Shown here piece after piece: positions 19,318 to 29,313 of a DNA stretch of 64,000 bases. Each line of letters begins with the position of its first letter. Position 1 is the stretch's first letter. The DNA lies in NCBI GenBank assembly GCA_013377005.1, contig JACABE010000021.1:4294-68293 (forward strand). The letters run 5' to 3'. This DNA comes from Bacteroidota bacterium. Its GTDB lineage: Bacteria > Bacteroidota > Bacteroidia > Bacteroidales > JACABE01. Under the pieces are notes generated by a model. That model had not been told where the DNA came from and made no database searches. It saw only the letters and a program-made list of their open reading frames with translations. The translations under genes were made by a program, and so were the position numbers.

Positions 19318-20137
19318 GTTGATATTCTTTTAGTTTCAATTGTTCGTCTTTAAACATATTTTTAACCACATACACGTAATCGAGTTTATTGAAATCGGTA
19401 GAATAATTAATTTTAATATGATAAAAGTTATCGCCTGGATTTAATCTGTATTCGGCAATGGTACCAATTGTTATCCCTTCAGGAAAATCTAGAGAAAATC
19501 CACTGGTAATAACAGTGTCACCGGTCATCATCCGAATATGTGAGGGAATATCGGTAAGGCTGCCTTTTTTATAGCTTCCACCTTCCCATGTAACAGAACC
19601 TGCCGCATTGGTCTTTTTTAACTTAGCACTAATTTTAGTTTCAGAATGTAACAACGACATAACTGAACTAAAATTTCCTGAAACCCCATTTACAATTCCT
19701 ACAATTCCGTTTGAACTCACAACAGCCATATTGTTCCTAATTCCCTGATTATAGCCTTTGTTCAACATTAAATAATTGTTTCGTTTGCCTGTTGAATTAC
19801 TGATTACTTTGGCATCGATGTACTTGAATTGTTGTTTGTATAAAGTATCGTGAATAGTTATTTCGCTGGTGGTAAATTTAACATACGATTTTTCAATCGT
19901 GGCACGAAGGTTTGCATTTTCTTCTGCAAGTATCCGGTTGTTTTGTTTGAGGTATAGATAATCGAATATATCGTTGTAAGATTGGTAAACACCTCCTGTT
20001 AATTGATTGGCAGTATTCAATATGCGTGCACCCTGATAGTATGTATTGTTAGCAATCATTACAAAAGCTATTATTTCGAGCAGCAGAAATAAAAAGAAAA
20101 AATAATATTTTATCAGAAACGCAAAAAGCTGTCGCAT
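19310..20137 (-). CDS. mreC: Rod shape-determining protein MreC
   Basis: One N-terminal TM helix, a coiled-coil (ILAEENANLRATIE), then beta-rich domains with GIVGIV and GDTVITSG motifs. It lies downstream of mreB. Confidence 0.85.
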   Translation of the reverse strand: MRQLFAFLIKYYFFFLFLLLEIIAFVMIANNTYYQGARILNTANQLTGGVYQSYNDIFDYLYLKQNNRILAEENANLRATIEKSYVKFTTSEITIHDTLYKQQFKYIDAKVISNSTGKRNNYLMLNKGYNQGIRNNMAVVSSNGIVGIVNGVSGNFSSVMSLLHSETKISAKLKKTNAAGSVTWEGGSYKKGSLTDIPSHIRMMTGDTVITSGFSLDFPEGITIGTIAEYRLNPGDNFYHIKINYSTDFNKLDYVYVVKNMFKDEQLKLKEYQHE

Positions 20138-20182
20138 TTTTTTTAGTTATAGGTAAATTCTTGTTGGCAAAGTTAATAAAAT

Positions 20183-20224
20183 ACGAATTATGAATTACGA
20201 ATTAGGGATTAAAAATGACGAATG
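20183..20224. repeat. Six tandem heptamers in the mreB-mreC spacer
   Basis: Reads ACGAATT ATGAATT ACGAATT AGGGATT AAAAATG ACGAATG; the first four fit ANGRATT. Confidence 0.5.
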
Positions 20225-20362
20225 ATATGCACTGATATTAAAAACCTTTCTTCTGTATTATTTAATTTATAGAGGAAGGAGCATAGCATACCATATCAGT
20301 AACCAGCATTTTCAGCCGGAACAAAAAATGCAATCAAGAATAATGCAATTAACTTTGTTTAC

Positions 20363-21385
20363 TTACTTAATAAGGAATGTGAATTTATCGAAGTTTTTCA
20401 ATGCAATACCAGTTCCACGTGCCACTGCTCTTAATGGGTCTTCGGCTACATGAACAATTAGCTTTGTTTTTTGGGCAATACGTTTATCTAAGCCTCTAAG
20501 CATAGAACCACCACCTGCCAAATAAATTCCGGTGCAATAAATATCTGCACACAGCTCAGGAGGTGTCATCTCTAATGCATTAAGGATGGCAGCTTCTATT
20601 TTTGAGATTGATTTATCTAAACAATGTGCAATTTCGGTATAATTTACATACACTTCTCTTGGTGTTCCTGTGAGCATATCACGTCCTTGTACTGCAAAGT
20701 CTTCAGGTGGATTTTCTAACTCAGGAATGGCCGATCCTACTTCAATTTTTATTCTTTCAGCAGTACGTTCGCCAATAACCACATTGTGCTGTTTGCGTAA
20801 ATACTCTTCAATATCCTGATTAAAATCGTCGCCGGCAATACGTATAGATTTATTACACACAATACCACCTAATGCAATAACAGCAATTTCGCTGGTACCT
20901 CCACCAATATCAATTACCATATTTCCATTGGGTTCAAGTACATCAATACCAATACCAATAGCGGCAGCCATTGGTTCATGAATTAACTTTACTTCTTTGG
21001 CTCCGGCTTGTTCTGCAGAATCTCTAACGGCTCTTTCTTCCACTTCGGTAATCCCTGAAGGAATACAAATAACCATTTTTAAGGCTGGCGGAAATAAAGG
21101 TTTCTTAGGGCTTATCATTTTAATCATTTCCCTTATCATGTATTCTGCCGATTGAAAATCAGCAATAACACCATCTCTTAAAGGGCGAATGGTTTTGATA
21201 TTTTCGTGTGTTTTACCATGCATGAGCATGGCTTTTTTGCCAACTGCAATAATTTTACCGGTTGTACGGTCAATTGCAACAATAGAAGGTTCGTCCACAA
21301 CCACTTTGTCGTTGTGTATTATAATAGTGTTGGCTGTACCTAAGTCAATTGCTATTTCTTTTGTTAAAAAAGAAAAAAGTCCCAT
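20363..21385 (-). CDS. mreB: Rod shape-determining protein MreB
   Basis: Actin-fold motifs IDLGTANT, DIGGGTSEIAVI and GIYLAGGGSMLRGLD. Length is 340 aa. Confidence 0.97.
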   Translation of the reverse strand: MGLFSFLTKEIAIDLGTANTIIIHNDKVVVDEPSIVAIDRTTGKIIAVGKKAMLMHGKTHENIKTIRPLRDGVIADFQSAEYMIREMIKMISPKKPLFPPALKMVICIPSGITEVEERAVRDSAEQAGAKEVKLIHEPMAAAIGIGIDVLEPNGNMVIDIGGGTSEIAVIALGGIVCNKSIRIAGDDFNQDIEEYLRKQHNVVIGERTAERIKIEVGSAIPELENPPEDFAVQGRDMLTGTPREVYVNYTEIAHCLDKSISKIEAAILNALEMTPPELCADIYCTGIYLAGGGSMLRGLDKRIAQKTKLIVHVAEDPLRAVARGTGIALKNFDKFTFLIK

Positions 21386-21461
21386 ATTTTTTTAATTTAA
21401 TTTCTAATTTAAACGATATACCTTACGAAAAATCAGAAAATTAGTTACAATAATTTATTAA

Positions 21462-22979
21462 TCAATGTTTAAAATGCCTGTTTCCTGTAAATACCATTGC
21501 CAATTGGTGTTGGTTGCAAAAATCAATACTATCCTGATCTCTAACAGAACCTCCTGGTTGTATAACGGCTTTTATACCCTCATTGCAGGCAATTTCAACG
21601 GAATCAGCAAAAGGGAAATAAGCATCAGAAGCCATTACAGCTCCTTCTAACGCAAACCCAAAACTTTTTGCCTTCGCAATTGCTTGCTTCAATGCATCTA
21701 CCCTTGAGGTTTGGCCCACTCCACTTGCCAATAATTGTTTATCTTTTACAAGAACAATCGCGTTTGATTTTGTATGTTTTACAAGTATATTAGCAAATAA
21801 CATATCTGAAATTTGCTTATCAGTAGGTAAAAGATGTGTTACAACTTTTAAATCTTCAGGTTTTTCAATCAAAGCATCACGTTCTTGAGCTATAACTCCA
21901 TTTAATACCGTTTTGAATTGCTTGTTGTTCAATACAAAATCTTTTTTTTGCAAAATTATTCTATTTTTCTTAGATTTTAGTATTTCTAAAGCATTATTTT
22001 CGTAATTAGGTGCAATTATTATTTCAAAGAATAATTTATTGATTTCTAATGCAGTTTCTTCATCAACAATCCTGTTACAAATCAGTATTCCACCAAAAGC
22101 CGAAATAGGGTCTGCTGCAAGAGCATCTTTCCACGCATCAATGAGTTTATCACGACTTGCCAATCCACAAGCATTGTTATGTTTAATAATAGCAAAAGTG
22201 GTTTCCTCAAAATCAGTAATTAAAGCAATAGCCGCATCTATATCAAGCATGTTATTGTATGAAATTTCTTTGCCATGCAACTGATGAAAGTAATCAGATA
22301 TATTTCCATGGTAAATTGCTTGCTGATGCGGATTTTCACCATATCGCAACGAATTGCTTTGTAAAATACTTTGTTTAAAAACAGGAATTTGAGCTTCTTT
22401 GTTGAAATAATTAAAAATATGAGTATCGTAATGAGATGAAACATTAAAGGCTTTTGCAGCAAATAATTTACGGTCGCTTATTTCAGTATATCCTTGCTTT
22501 TCGTTCAACAACGATAGTAAATTAGTGTATTCATCTACAGATGGAATAATCACAACATCTTTAAAATTTTTCGCAGCAGCTCGTATCAAAGAAATACCAC
22601 CGATATCGATTTTCTCTATAATTTCTGTTTCATTTGTAGTAGATACAACTGTTTTTTCAAATGGATATAAATCAACAATTACCAGATCAATTTCCGGAAT
22701 TCCGTATTCTTGTAATTCAGTTAAATCAGAAGCTAATTCACGTCTGCCTAATATTCCACCAAATATTTTTGGATGTAGTGTTTTAACTCTTCCGCCTAAG
22801 ATAGAAGGATATGATGTAATTGATTCAACAGCAATAGCTTCAATACCAATACTTTTTATGTAATCAAAAGTACCTCCTGTTGAAAATATTTTTACATTTA
22901 ATTCGTTTAGTTTTCTAATAATGGGTTCAATACCTTCTTTTGAATAAACCGAAATGAGTGCACTGTTAATCTTTTTCAT
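21462..22979 (-). CDS. purH: Bifunctional AICAR transformylase / IMP cyclohydrolase
   Basis: ALISVYSK, STGGT, GRVKTLHP, NPHQ and QPGGSVRD motifs. Length is 505 aa. Confidence 0.96.
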   Translation of the reverse strand: MKKINSALISVYSKEGIEPIIRKLNELNVKIFSTGGTFDYIKSIGIEAIAVESITSYPSILGGRVKTLHPKIFGGILGRRELASDLTELQEYGIPEIDLVIVDLYPFEKTVVSTTNETEIIEKIDIGGISLIRAAAKNFKDVVIIPSVDEYTNLLSLLNEKQGYTEISDRKLFAAKAFNVSSHYDTHIFNYFNKEAQIPVFKQSILQSNSLRYGENPHQQAIYHGNISDYFHQLHGKEISYNNMLDIDAAIALITDFEETTFAIIKHNNACGLASRDKLIDAWKDALAADPISAFGGILICNRIVDEETALEINKLFFEIIIAPNYENNALEILKSKKNRIILQKKDFVLNNKQFKTVLNGVIAQERDALIEKPEDLKVVTHLLPTDKQISDMLFANILVKHTKSNAIVLVKDKQLLASGVGQTSRVDALKQAIAKAKSFGFALEGAVMASDAYFPFADSVEIACNEGIKAVIQPGGSVRDQDSIDFCNQHQLAMVFTGNRHFKH

Positions 22980-23142
22980 AAATAATAGAACATTTGAGAC
23001 TGAAAATCAGATTTGTAAAATACATTTATTATTTTGCAATTTTATTAAAAAAATAGCTTAAATACCAATTTATTTTCATAATATTTCTAATTTTACCGTT
23101 TAATAAAAGATAACTGAAATAGTTGAAATTCAAATTTTAAAA

Positions 23143-24405
23143 ATGAAACACAAGTTGTTGATATTTGTCAAACTATTTAGAGAAAGCTATTTGTTTGCTT
23201 TTCAGGCGATAATAGTTAATAAATTACGAACTATGCTTACTTTACTAGGCATTACAATTGGGATTTTTTCTATAATATCTGTTTTTACAGTGTTTGACTC
23301 GCTTGAAAATAAGATTAAAACAAGTATTGATTCATTGGGCGACAATGTATTATTTGTACAAAAGTGGCCCTGGGCCTTTGGTAGTGATTATCCTTGGTGG
23401 AAATATCTCAGCAGACCGGTAGCAAAAATAAATGAACTCTCTGAAATAGAAAAAAGAAGCGATGCTTTTAGTGCAGCAACTTTTGTTGTAGGAAATACAA
23501 AAACTGTTAAATATAAAAGTAATAGTGTTTCAAATGCCAGTATTATGGCAGTTTCAAAAGACTATGATAAAGTTATGACAATGAATATTGCAGACGGAAG
23601 ATATTTTTCTATTAGTGAATCGGTTGGAGGAAGAGCTGTAGCTATTATTGGAAATGATATTGTAAACAATCTTTTTAATAATGCCAATCCGCTTGGTAAA
23701 GATATTACTGTATTCGGAAGAAAAGTTAATATAGTAGGCACTTTTAAAAAAGAAGGCGATGTGACAATTGGGCGAAGTGTTGATAATCAGGTAATGTTGC
23801 CCATAAACTTTGCGCGCAATGTAATGGATATTTCAGATGAAAGTAATGATCCTACTATTATTGTAAAAGCAAAACCTAATGTAAGTAATCAGGAATTAAA
23901 AGATGAACTTACAGGTATAATGCGTTCTGTTAGGCGATTGAAGCCTTCAGCAGAAGATAATTTTGCGATTAATGAAATGAGTTTAATTACCAAAGGTTTT
24001 GAAGGGATTTTTAGCACAATAAGTATCATTGGCTGGATTATTGGTGCATTTTCATTAATAGTTGGGGGTTTTGGTATTGCAAACATAATGTTTGTTTCTG
24101 TTAAAGAAAGAACGAATATTATTGGTATTCAAAAATCCTTAGGTGCCAAAAACTATTTTATATTACTACAGTTTTTATTCGAAGCTATTTTCCTCTCTCT
24201 TATTGGTGGTTTTTTGGGATTGTTAATCGTTTTCATTGGCACATTAATAGTAACTTATGCTTTTGATTTTGCGCTAAGTCTAACTTTTGGAAATATTTTC
24301 TTGGGACTAAGCGTTTCTTTTATTATCGGTTTAATAGCTGGTTTTATTCCTGCTTTTAGCGCTTCTCGTTTAAATCCTGTTGAAGCAATTCGTTCTTCTA
24401 GTTAA
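23143..24405 (+). CDS. ABC transporter permease, MacB/FtsX-like
   Basis: An N-terminal TM helix, a periplasmic MacB-like core domain and three C-terminal FtsX TM helices, ending in the conserved PAFSASRLNPVEAIR. No adjacent ATPase. Confidence 0.8.
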   Translation: MKHKLLIFVKLFRESYLFAFQAIIVNKLRTMLTLLGITIGIFSIISVFTVFDSLENKIKTSIDSLGDNVLFVQKWPWAFGSDYPWWKYLSRPVAKINELSEIEKRSDAFSAATFVVGNTKTVKYKSNSVSNASIMAVSKDYDKVMTMNIADGRYFSISESVGGRAVAIIGNDIVNNLFNNANPLGKDITVFGRKVNIVGTFKKEGDVTIGRSVDNQVMLPINFARNVMDISDESNDPTIIVKAKPNVSNQELKDELTGIMRSVRRLKPSAEDNFAINEMSLITKGFEGIFSTISIIGWIIGAFSLIVGGFGIANIMFVSVKERTNIIGIQKSLGAKNYFILLQFLFEAIFLSLIGGFLGLLIVFIGTLIVTYAFDFALSLTFGNIFLGLSVSFIIGLIAGFIPAFSASRLNPVEAIRSSS

Positions 24406-24687
24406 AAAATAGGTTTTTGATTCTACAAAGCAATTAGCTTGAAAATAAATATAAAAGCAACTGAACTCAGGTTAAAAATAGTAATAATGTGTTTTATAAC
24501 TGAATTATTGTGTAATTCACTAAAATGAAAAACAAGCAAAAAGCCATTATATAGCAAAATTTGCAAGATATTTGTACAAGAAATATAAAGCAATAATTGA
24601 TGGTTCTGATGACTGTGTTATGAAAGTTTTTATGAAGGAACATTAGAAGTCCTAAAACAATAAAAACCTTATTCACAAGCATATATT

Positions 24688-24720
24688 AAAAAAGGAGTTA
24701 TTTTTTATAACTCCTTTTTT
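24688..24720. terminator. Bidirectional intrinsic terminator (mainly serving the DPP-IV gene)
   Basis: AAAAAAGGAGTTAT-TTTTT-ATAACTCCTTTTTT. The perfect 8-bp core is flanked by A6 and T6. Confidence 0.75.
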
Positions 24721-24730
24721 AATTTAAATA

Positions 24731-26869
24731 TTATAGATTTTGTTTGTAATATTCATAGATTTTTCGAAATAAATGAGTACGATCTATGCCACTAACATTA
24801 TGTTCATGAGTTGGATAGATAAAGTAATCCACTTGTTTGCCCAAATCAATACATTTTCTCAGAAAAGAAGAACTGTGTTGCGGAACAACAGTATTATCAA
24901 TACCTCCTTGAATTATTAGCAGCTTTCCCTCTAATTTGTCGACATAATTAAGTAAAGAGGCATTTTTATAACCTTCAGGGTTTTGTTCAGGTGTGTCCAT
25001 ATAACGTTCGCCATACATTACTTCATACCATTTCCAATCAATAACCGGGCCGCCGGCAGTAGCTACCTTAAACACACCAGGGTTTTTCAATTTCATCGAA
25101 ATTGTCATAAAGCCACCATAGCTCCATCCATCTACACCCAAACGACTGGAATCCACGTAGCTGAGAGATTTCAAATAAGCAACACCTTCCATCTGATCGG
25201 CAACTTCCAGAGTTCCGCAATTACGATGAATGGCGCTTTCGAAAGCAAAGCCTCTATTGGCAGAACCACGATTGTCCATCGTAAATACCACATATCCTTG
25301 TTGAGCCAGAAAGTTAAAAAATAAGTTAGCTCCTCCTAACCATGAATTAGTAACTAATTGTGCATGAGGTCCACCATAAACATAAATAATGACAGGATAT
25401 TTTTTAGTAGCATCAAAATCAGAAGGTTTAATTAAACGACAATATAAGTCGGTGCCATCTTTGGCTTTAATCGTAAGCATTTGTGTTTCACCTAAGTTGT
25501 ATTCTTTTAAAGGATTTTTATCTTCCATGATGGTTTGTATTGCTTTACCTTCAGCATTAATAACCATAGTTTTCCGTGCAATTTCGGTATTACTGAATAT
25601 ATCAATAATATAATTGCCATTTTTGTCAATAATTGGACTATGAGTACCTTTTATTGTAGTAACAAGTTTAATTTCAGAAGATTTAATATCAACAACATAA
25701 ATATCATTATCCAATGGAGTTTCTTTTGTGGCTGAAATAAAAACTTTATTACCTTTGGCATCAAATCCTTCAACGTCTTTCACCATCCAATTACCTTTGG
25801 TAAGTTGTTTAATAAGTTTTCCATCTGTATTATACAGATATAAGTGATTGTATCCATCTCTTTCACTCAACCATAGAAATTCATTAGGATCTGATTTCAG
25901 GAAAAACAATCCATTTTCTGGTTCTACATATTTATCATTTTTTTCTTCAAACAAAGTGCTTATAAATTCTCCATTTGTAGCATTGTATTTATTTATTTTC
26001 AAATGGTTTTGATCTCGGTTTAATACAGCAATATAAATACTTTTTTCATCAGGACTCCAGCTAATGTTGGTAAGGTATTGTTCAGCAGGTTCACCTGTTT
26101 TCAGAAAAATTGTTTTTTGTGTAATAGGATCAAAAACGCCAACAGTAACATGATGGCTTTTCATTCCTGCCATTGGATACTTAATGCTTTTTAATTCTGC
26201 AACACGAGGCTCAATATCTACCAATGGATAATCGGTAACCATGGTTTCATCCATACGATAATAAGCCAATAAATTACCTTTAGGTGACCAAAAAGTTCCT
26301 TTTTTGATACCAAATTCATTGCGATGAACGCTTTGGCCATTTACAATCCCTTTGTCTTTATCGTCGGTTACTGTTATTTCAGTACCTCTGTATGAAATAT
26401 AAAGGTTGTTGTCAATAGTATAGGCAATATTATAAGTATTGGGTTCAATATCTGTATTTTCTGCTTTTTCCGGGTATTTATTCAACTCAGAAACTTGTTT
26501 TTTTGCAATATCAAAATTAAAAAGTTTACTACTGCTACTAAAGGTAAAATTGGTTTTATTTATCCAATTGATAGCAGGAAATTTTTTTACTTCCTTTTCG
26601 GTAATTGCTTTTAAACCCTGATTAATAGCTTCGATACCAAGGATAGTATCTTTTGTCTCTGTTTTTATGTTACCTTTCACTAATTTATTATTGACAATCC
26701 ATGTGTAATTGCCACTTTCGTCCATCCATTGCAGATTGTTAAGCATAGAAGGATACAATTTGCGATTCGTAATCAATTCATCCAGTTTTAATTGTTTGGT
26801 TTGAGCAGATAAAAAGCTTGTGGCAAACATTAAAAATGTCAATACCCATAATTTATTGAAGTGTTTCAT
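24731..26869 (-). CDS. Dipeptidyl-peptidase IV (S9B serine peptidase)
   Basis: Signal peptide, a DPP-IV N-terminal propeller, and a catalytic hydrolase domain with GVDGWSYGGFM (Ser nucleophile), GGIDNTV and HEHN. Confidence 0.9.
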   Translation of the reverse strand: MKHFNKLWVLTFLMFATSFLSAQTKQLKLDELITNRKLYPSMLNNLQWMDESGNYTWIVNNKLVKGNIKTETKDTILGIEAINQGLKAITEKEVKKFPAINWINKTNFTFSSSSKLFNFDIAKKQVSELNKYPEKAENTDIEPNTYNIAYTIDNNLYISYRGTEITVTDDKDKGIVNGQSVHRNEFGIKKGTFWSPKGNLLAYYRMDETMVTDYPLVDIEPRVAELKSIKYPMAGMKSHHVTVGVFDPITQKTIFLKTGEPAEQYLTNISWSPDEKSIYIAVLNRDQNHLKINKYNATNGEFISTLFEEKNDKYVEPENGLFFLKSDPNEFLWLSERDGYNHLYLYNTDGKLIKQLTKGNWMVKDVEGFDAKGNKVFISATKETPLDNDIYVVDIKSSEIKLVTTIKGTHSPIIDKNGNYIIDIFSNTEIARKTMVINAEGKAIQTIMEDKNPLKEYNLGETQMLTIKAKDGTDLYCRLIKPSDFDATKKYPVIIYVYGGPHAQLVTNSWLGGANLFFNFLAQQGYVVFTMDNRGSANRGFAFESAIHRNCGTLEVADQMEGVAYLKSLSYVDSSRLGVDGWSYGGFMTISMKLKNPGVFKVATAGGPVIDWKWYEVMYGERYMDTPEQNPEGYKNASLLNYVDKLEGKLLIIQGGIDNTVVPQHSSSFLRKCIDLGKQVDYFIYPTHEHNVSGIDRTHLFRKIYEYYKQNL

Positions 26870-27045
26870 ATATTAATTAGAATTAAAATCAGACGGCTAA
26901 AATAAAGAAAATTTGGCTAAGCAGAATCAGGAAACGAAATTATTCGATGAAAGTAATGTTTTTGCCGATGAAATTTCAAGACAATTTCTTAGTTTTGTTT
27001 GAGTTTAATTTATTTGACGAACCTATAACGATTATACGTTCTTAA

Positions 27046-27732
27046 TTAAAAAGAGAAAGAGTAACTTAATCCAGTAACAAAATAATTGTAAGGATCTTTC
27101 TGATGATATTCATTCTGAATGAGATAATATAATTCAAAAGACTTGCGCTTGTTTATTTTATACTCGGCTCCTATACAGTATCTCATTTTGGTTATGTCAA
27201 AGAATTGAGTGTGCTTTTGGGACGGAGACAAAGAATTATAAGATTCAAGATAAAGATAAGGTTTGATTCTTTTCGTGAAGTTATATTTTACTTGTACTTT
27301 ATTGAGCCATTGATAATCAGGTATCATTCCTTTGACAGAGGTTAAGATGTCTTTATACTCCATTTCAGCACGGGTTCTTAGCTGAAAAGTAAATAAGTAA
27401 TACGATTTTTTGAATGATACATCGAGATTAAAACGATGTCTGATAGAGTAAAAATCTTCATTTTTACGTTTTGAAAAATATCGATATCCTCCTGAAAGCA
27501 CCCAGGTTTTATTGAGTTTATAATCCATTCCGATTTCGGAATATGCAGTTCCTGTTTCTGATAAGTTTTCGCTGAATCTAAGCCCACCTTCTATATAGGC
27601 AGTAATATTACTATTAAATTTATGATCAATTTTTACATCTGTCCATAGTTGAGCATCGTTGGTTTGTGCAAATACTTTATAAGCACTAAATATAATGGTA
27701 ATGATTATAAAAAAGATTTTTAACTTACTCAT
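27046..27732 (-). CDS. DUF2490-like outer-membrane beta-barrel protein
   Basis: Signal peptide (VFAQ), alternating-hydrophobic beta strands, an aromatic C-terminal residue (SYSFSF) and WTDVKIDHKF...GGLRF. ATG at 27732 preferred over TTG at 27735. Confidence 0.5.
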   Translation of the reverse strand: MSKLKIFFIIITIIFSAYKVFAQTNDAQLWTDVKIDHKFNSNITAYIEGGLRFSENLSETGTAYSEIGMDYKLNKTWVLSGGYRYFSKRKNEDFYSIRHRFNLDVSFKKSYYLFTFQLRTRAEMEYKDILTSVKGMIPDYQWLNKVQVKYNFTKRIKPYLYLESYNSLSPSQKHTQFFDITKMRYCIGAEYKINKRKSFELYYLIQNEYHQKDPYNYFVTGLSYSFSF

Positions 27733-27749
27733 CAAAAGATTTTTTCTAT

Positions 27750-28541
27750 TTAAAATTGGGTTTCAGTAATTGTATTTATATGATTATCTGAATAATAGTA
27801 AACATTAATTGAGGCTGTATCTTTCAAAAAATCCATTTTGTTTACTGATACTCTATGAATATTTAAGCCAGTTCTTTCTTTAAGGTCTTCAATAAGTTTA
27901 CTGTAATTTTCAGCTTTAATAAATTCAATTTTTTCGTATTGAATCTGTCGATATGACTCGTGTTTAAAAATAATATTGCCATCGAGTATAAGAGTTGAAA
28001 GAATAAGAATACCATTAATAATTCCCAGTTCATAATATTCGAGTTGAATAGCACTAAGTAAACCAATAGCAATAACAATAAAAAGGTAGGTCATGTCTTT
28101 TACTGAGATACCTTCGGTTCGATAACGCAGCATTGAGAAAACGGCAAACAGTCCGAATGCTGCCCCCATTGACATCTTGACCTGATTGAGTAAAAACGTC
28201 AATAAGAAAATAGAGATATTAAAGGTGAAATAAGTAAAAAAAAGTTCTTTGTTACGGCAGTTTCTAAAGTAGATGAAAATAATAATAGTTAGAACCGTGA
28301 GGATATCTATCAACAAATCAATATAAAATGATTCGGTAATTTGGAGTTCTTTATTCTTTTTTTTCTTTTTCTTTTCTTTTAACTCTGAGTTATCTGAATT
28401 TTCATTATTATCATTTTGTTGTTGAAGTATTTCTGTCGCTTTCTGTGGTGACAAATCCTGAGTTTGTGCTTGAGTTGAAGAAAAAGGTATCCAGCTCAGG
28501 GAAATAATAAAAATGAAAATACTTAATTTAGTAAAGTTCAT
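27750..28541 (-). CDS. DUF4956-like integral membrane protein
   Basis: Signal/anchor, an acidic-then-polylysine linker (ELKEKKKKKKNKE), four or five TM helices and a soluble C-terminal domain. It overlaps the VTC gene by 14 nt, which is the usual VTC/DUF4956 pairing. Confidence 0.5.
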   Translation of the reverse strand: MNFTKLSIFIFIISLSWIPFSSTQAQTQDLSPQKATEILQQQNDNNENSDNSELKEKKKKKKNKELQITESFYIDLLIDILTVLTIIIFIYFRNCRNKELFFTYFTFNISIFLLTFLLNQVKMSMGAAFGLFAVFSMLRYRTEGISVKDMTYLFIVIAIGLLSAIQLEYYELGIINGILILSTLILDGNIIFKHESYRQIQYEKIEFIKAENYSKLIEDLKERTGLNIHRVSVNKMDFLKDTASINVYYYSDNHINTITETQF

Positions 28542-29313
28542 GATTAATTTTTTTAAGGGTTAATAGTTTTGGTTTGAAATTGTTTTGTTTTACGTTCTGG
28601 TACAGATTAATAACTCCTAAGCAATATTTACTAATCGAAAGTTCTTTTATTGCATAAGATTTAATTATTTCTGTAAAAGCTGATTTACACCTTTTCTCTT
28701 GCTTAAGTTCGGCTATTACAATATTACTCATGTATTTTGTAGCATTATCATTTTTAAAATGAAGATTAAGATCAAGTGTTAAACGTTCTGTCTGAGTTTT
28801 ATTTACTAAAGTAATACGCGCATAATTTGCCCATAATTTAGGTTTTAAATCAGCATCATTGATAAGAGCATTATTATGATAGAATGCCAATGATTTTTTA
28901 TTAATCTGTGGTGAATCTTCAATGATTTTTAAGCGAGTTTTAAAAGTGATATCCTTATTATTTTTGTTTTTTATTTCAAAAAAATGGAGGTCCGACTGCA
29001 CATAGGTTCTGTAACGAACTTTACTACGGTTTCCTTTACCACATCGATGATGGTTGTAAAATAAAAAATCATCGGTATCATAATATAGTGTATGATAGTC
29101 TGTAATGTTGTGGCCATTAACATTCAACACACGATAATTCAGAGCCAGCTTTTGCAAAATTTCAGGGAATAATTCAAGATTGAATACAAATTTAGTATCC
29201 ATCCTGCTCATCAGTTGTACATTGTCCATTTCTGTCAATGTAATCTGATCGAAGCCTGATAAAATACTTCCATATTCATTCATCGCGAATTGACTATCGT
29301 TTTGTATAGACAT
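28528..29313 (-). CDS. VTC-domain protein (triphosphate-tunnel, polyphosphate-polymerase-like)
   Basis: 261 aa, cytoplasmic. The strands RMDTKF, YHTLYYDT, KVRYRTY, FFEIK and IAELK have the alternating charged beta-strand pattern of the VTC/CYTH tunnel fold. Confidence 0.55.
   Translation of the reverse strand: MSIQNDSQFAMNEYGSILSGFDQITLTEMDNVQLMSRMDTKFVFNLELFPEILQKLALNYRVLNVNGHNITDYHTLYYDTDDFLFYNHHRCGKGNRSKVRYRTYVQSDLHFFEIKNKNNKDITFKTRLKIIEDSPQINKKSLAFYHNNALINDADLKPKLWANYARITLVNKTQTERLTLDLNLHFKNDNATKYMSNIVIAELKQEKRCKSAFTEIIKSYAIKELSISKYCLGVINLYQNVKQNNFKPKLLTLKKINHELY

Noticed and set aside
20260-20330. SRP RNA-like GGAAGGAGCA segment in the mreB-mreC spacer
   Set aside because: It resembles GGAAGGAAGCAGCC only superficially. 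The flanking CAGGUCC and the complementary 3' arm are absent on either strand.
24494-24682. 62-aa hydrophobic ORF in the 325-nt gap between the permease and DPP-IV genes
   Set aside because: There is no promoter-like motif or ribosome-binding context, the composition is like the shadow ORFs, and nothing supports it from sequence alone. It remains possible as a small membrane protein.
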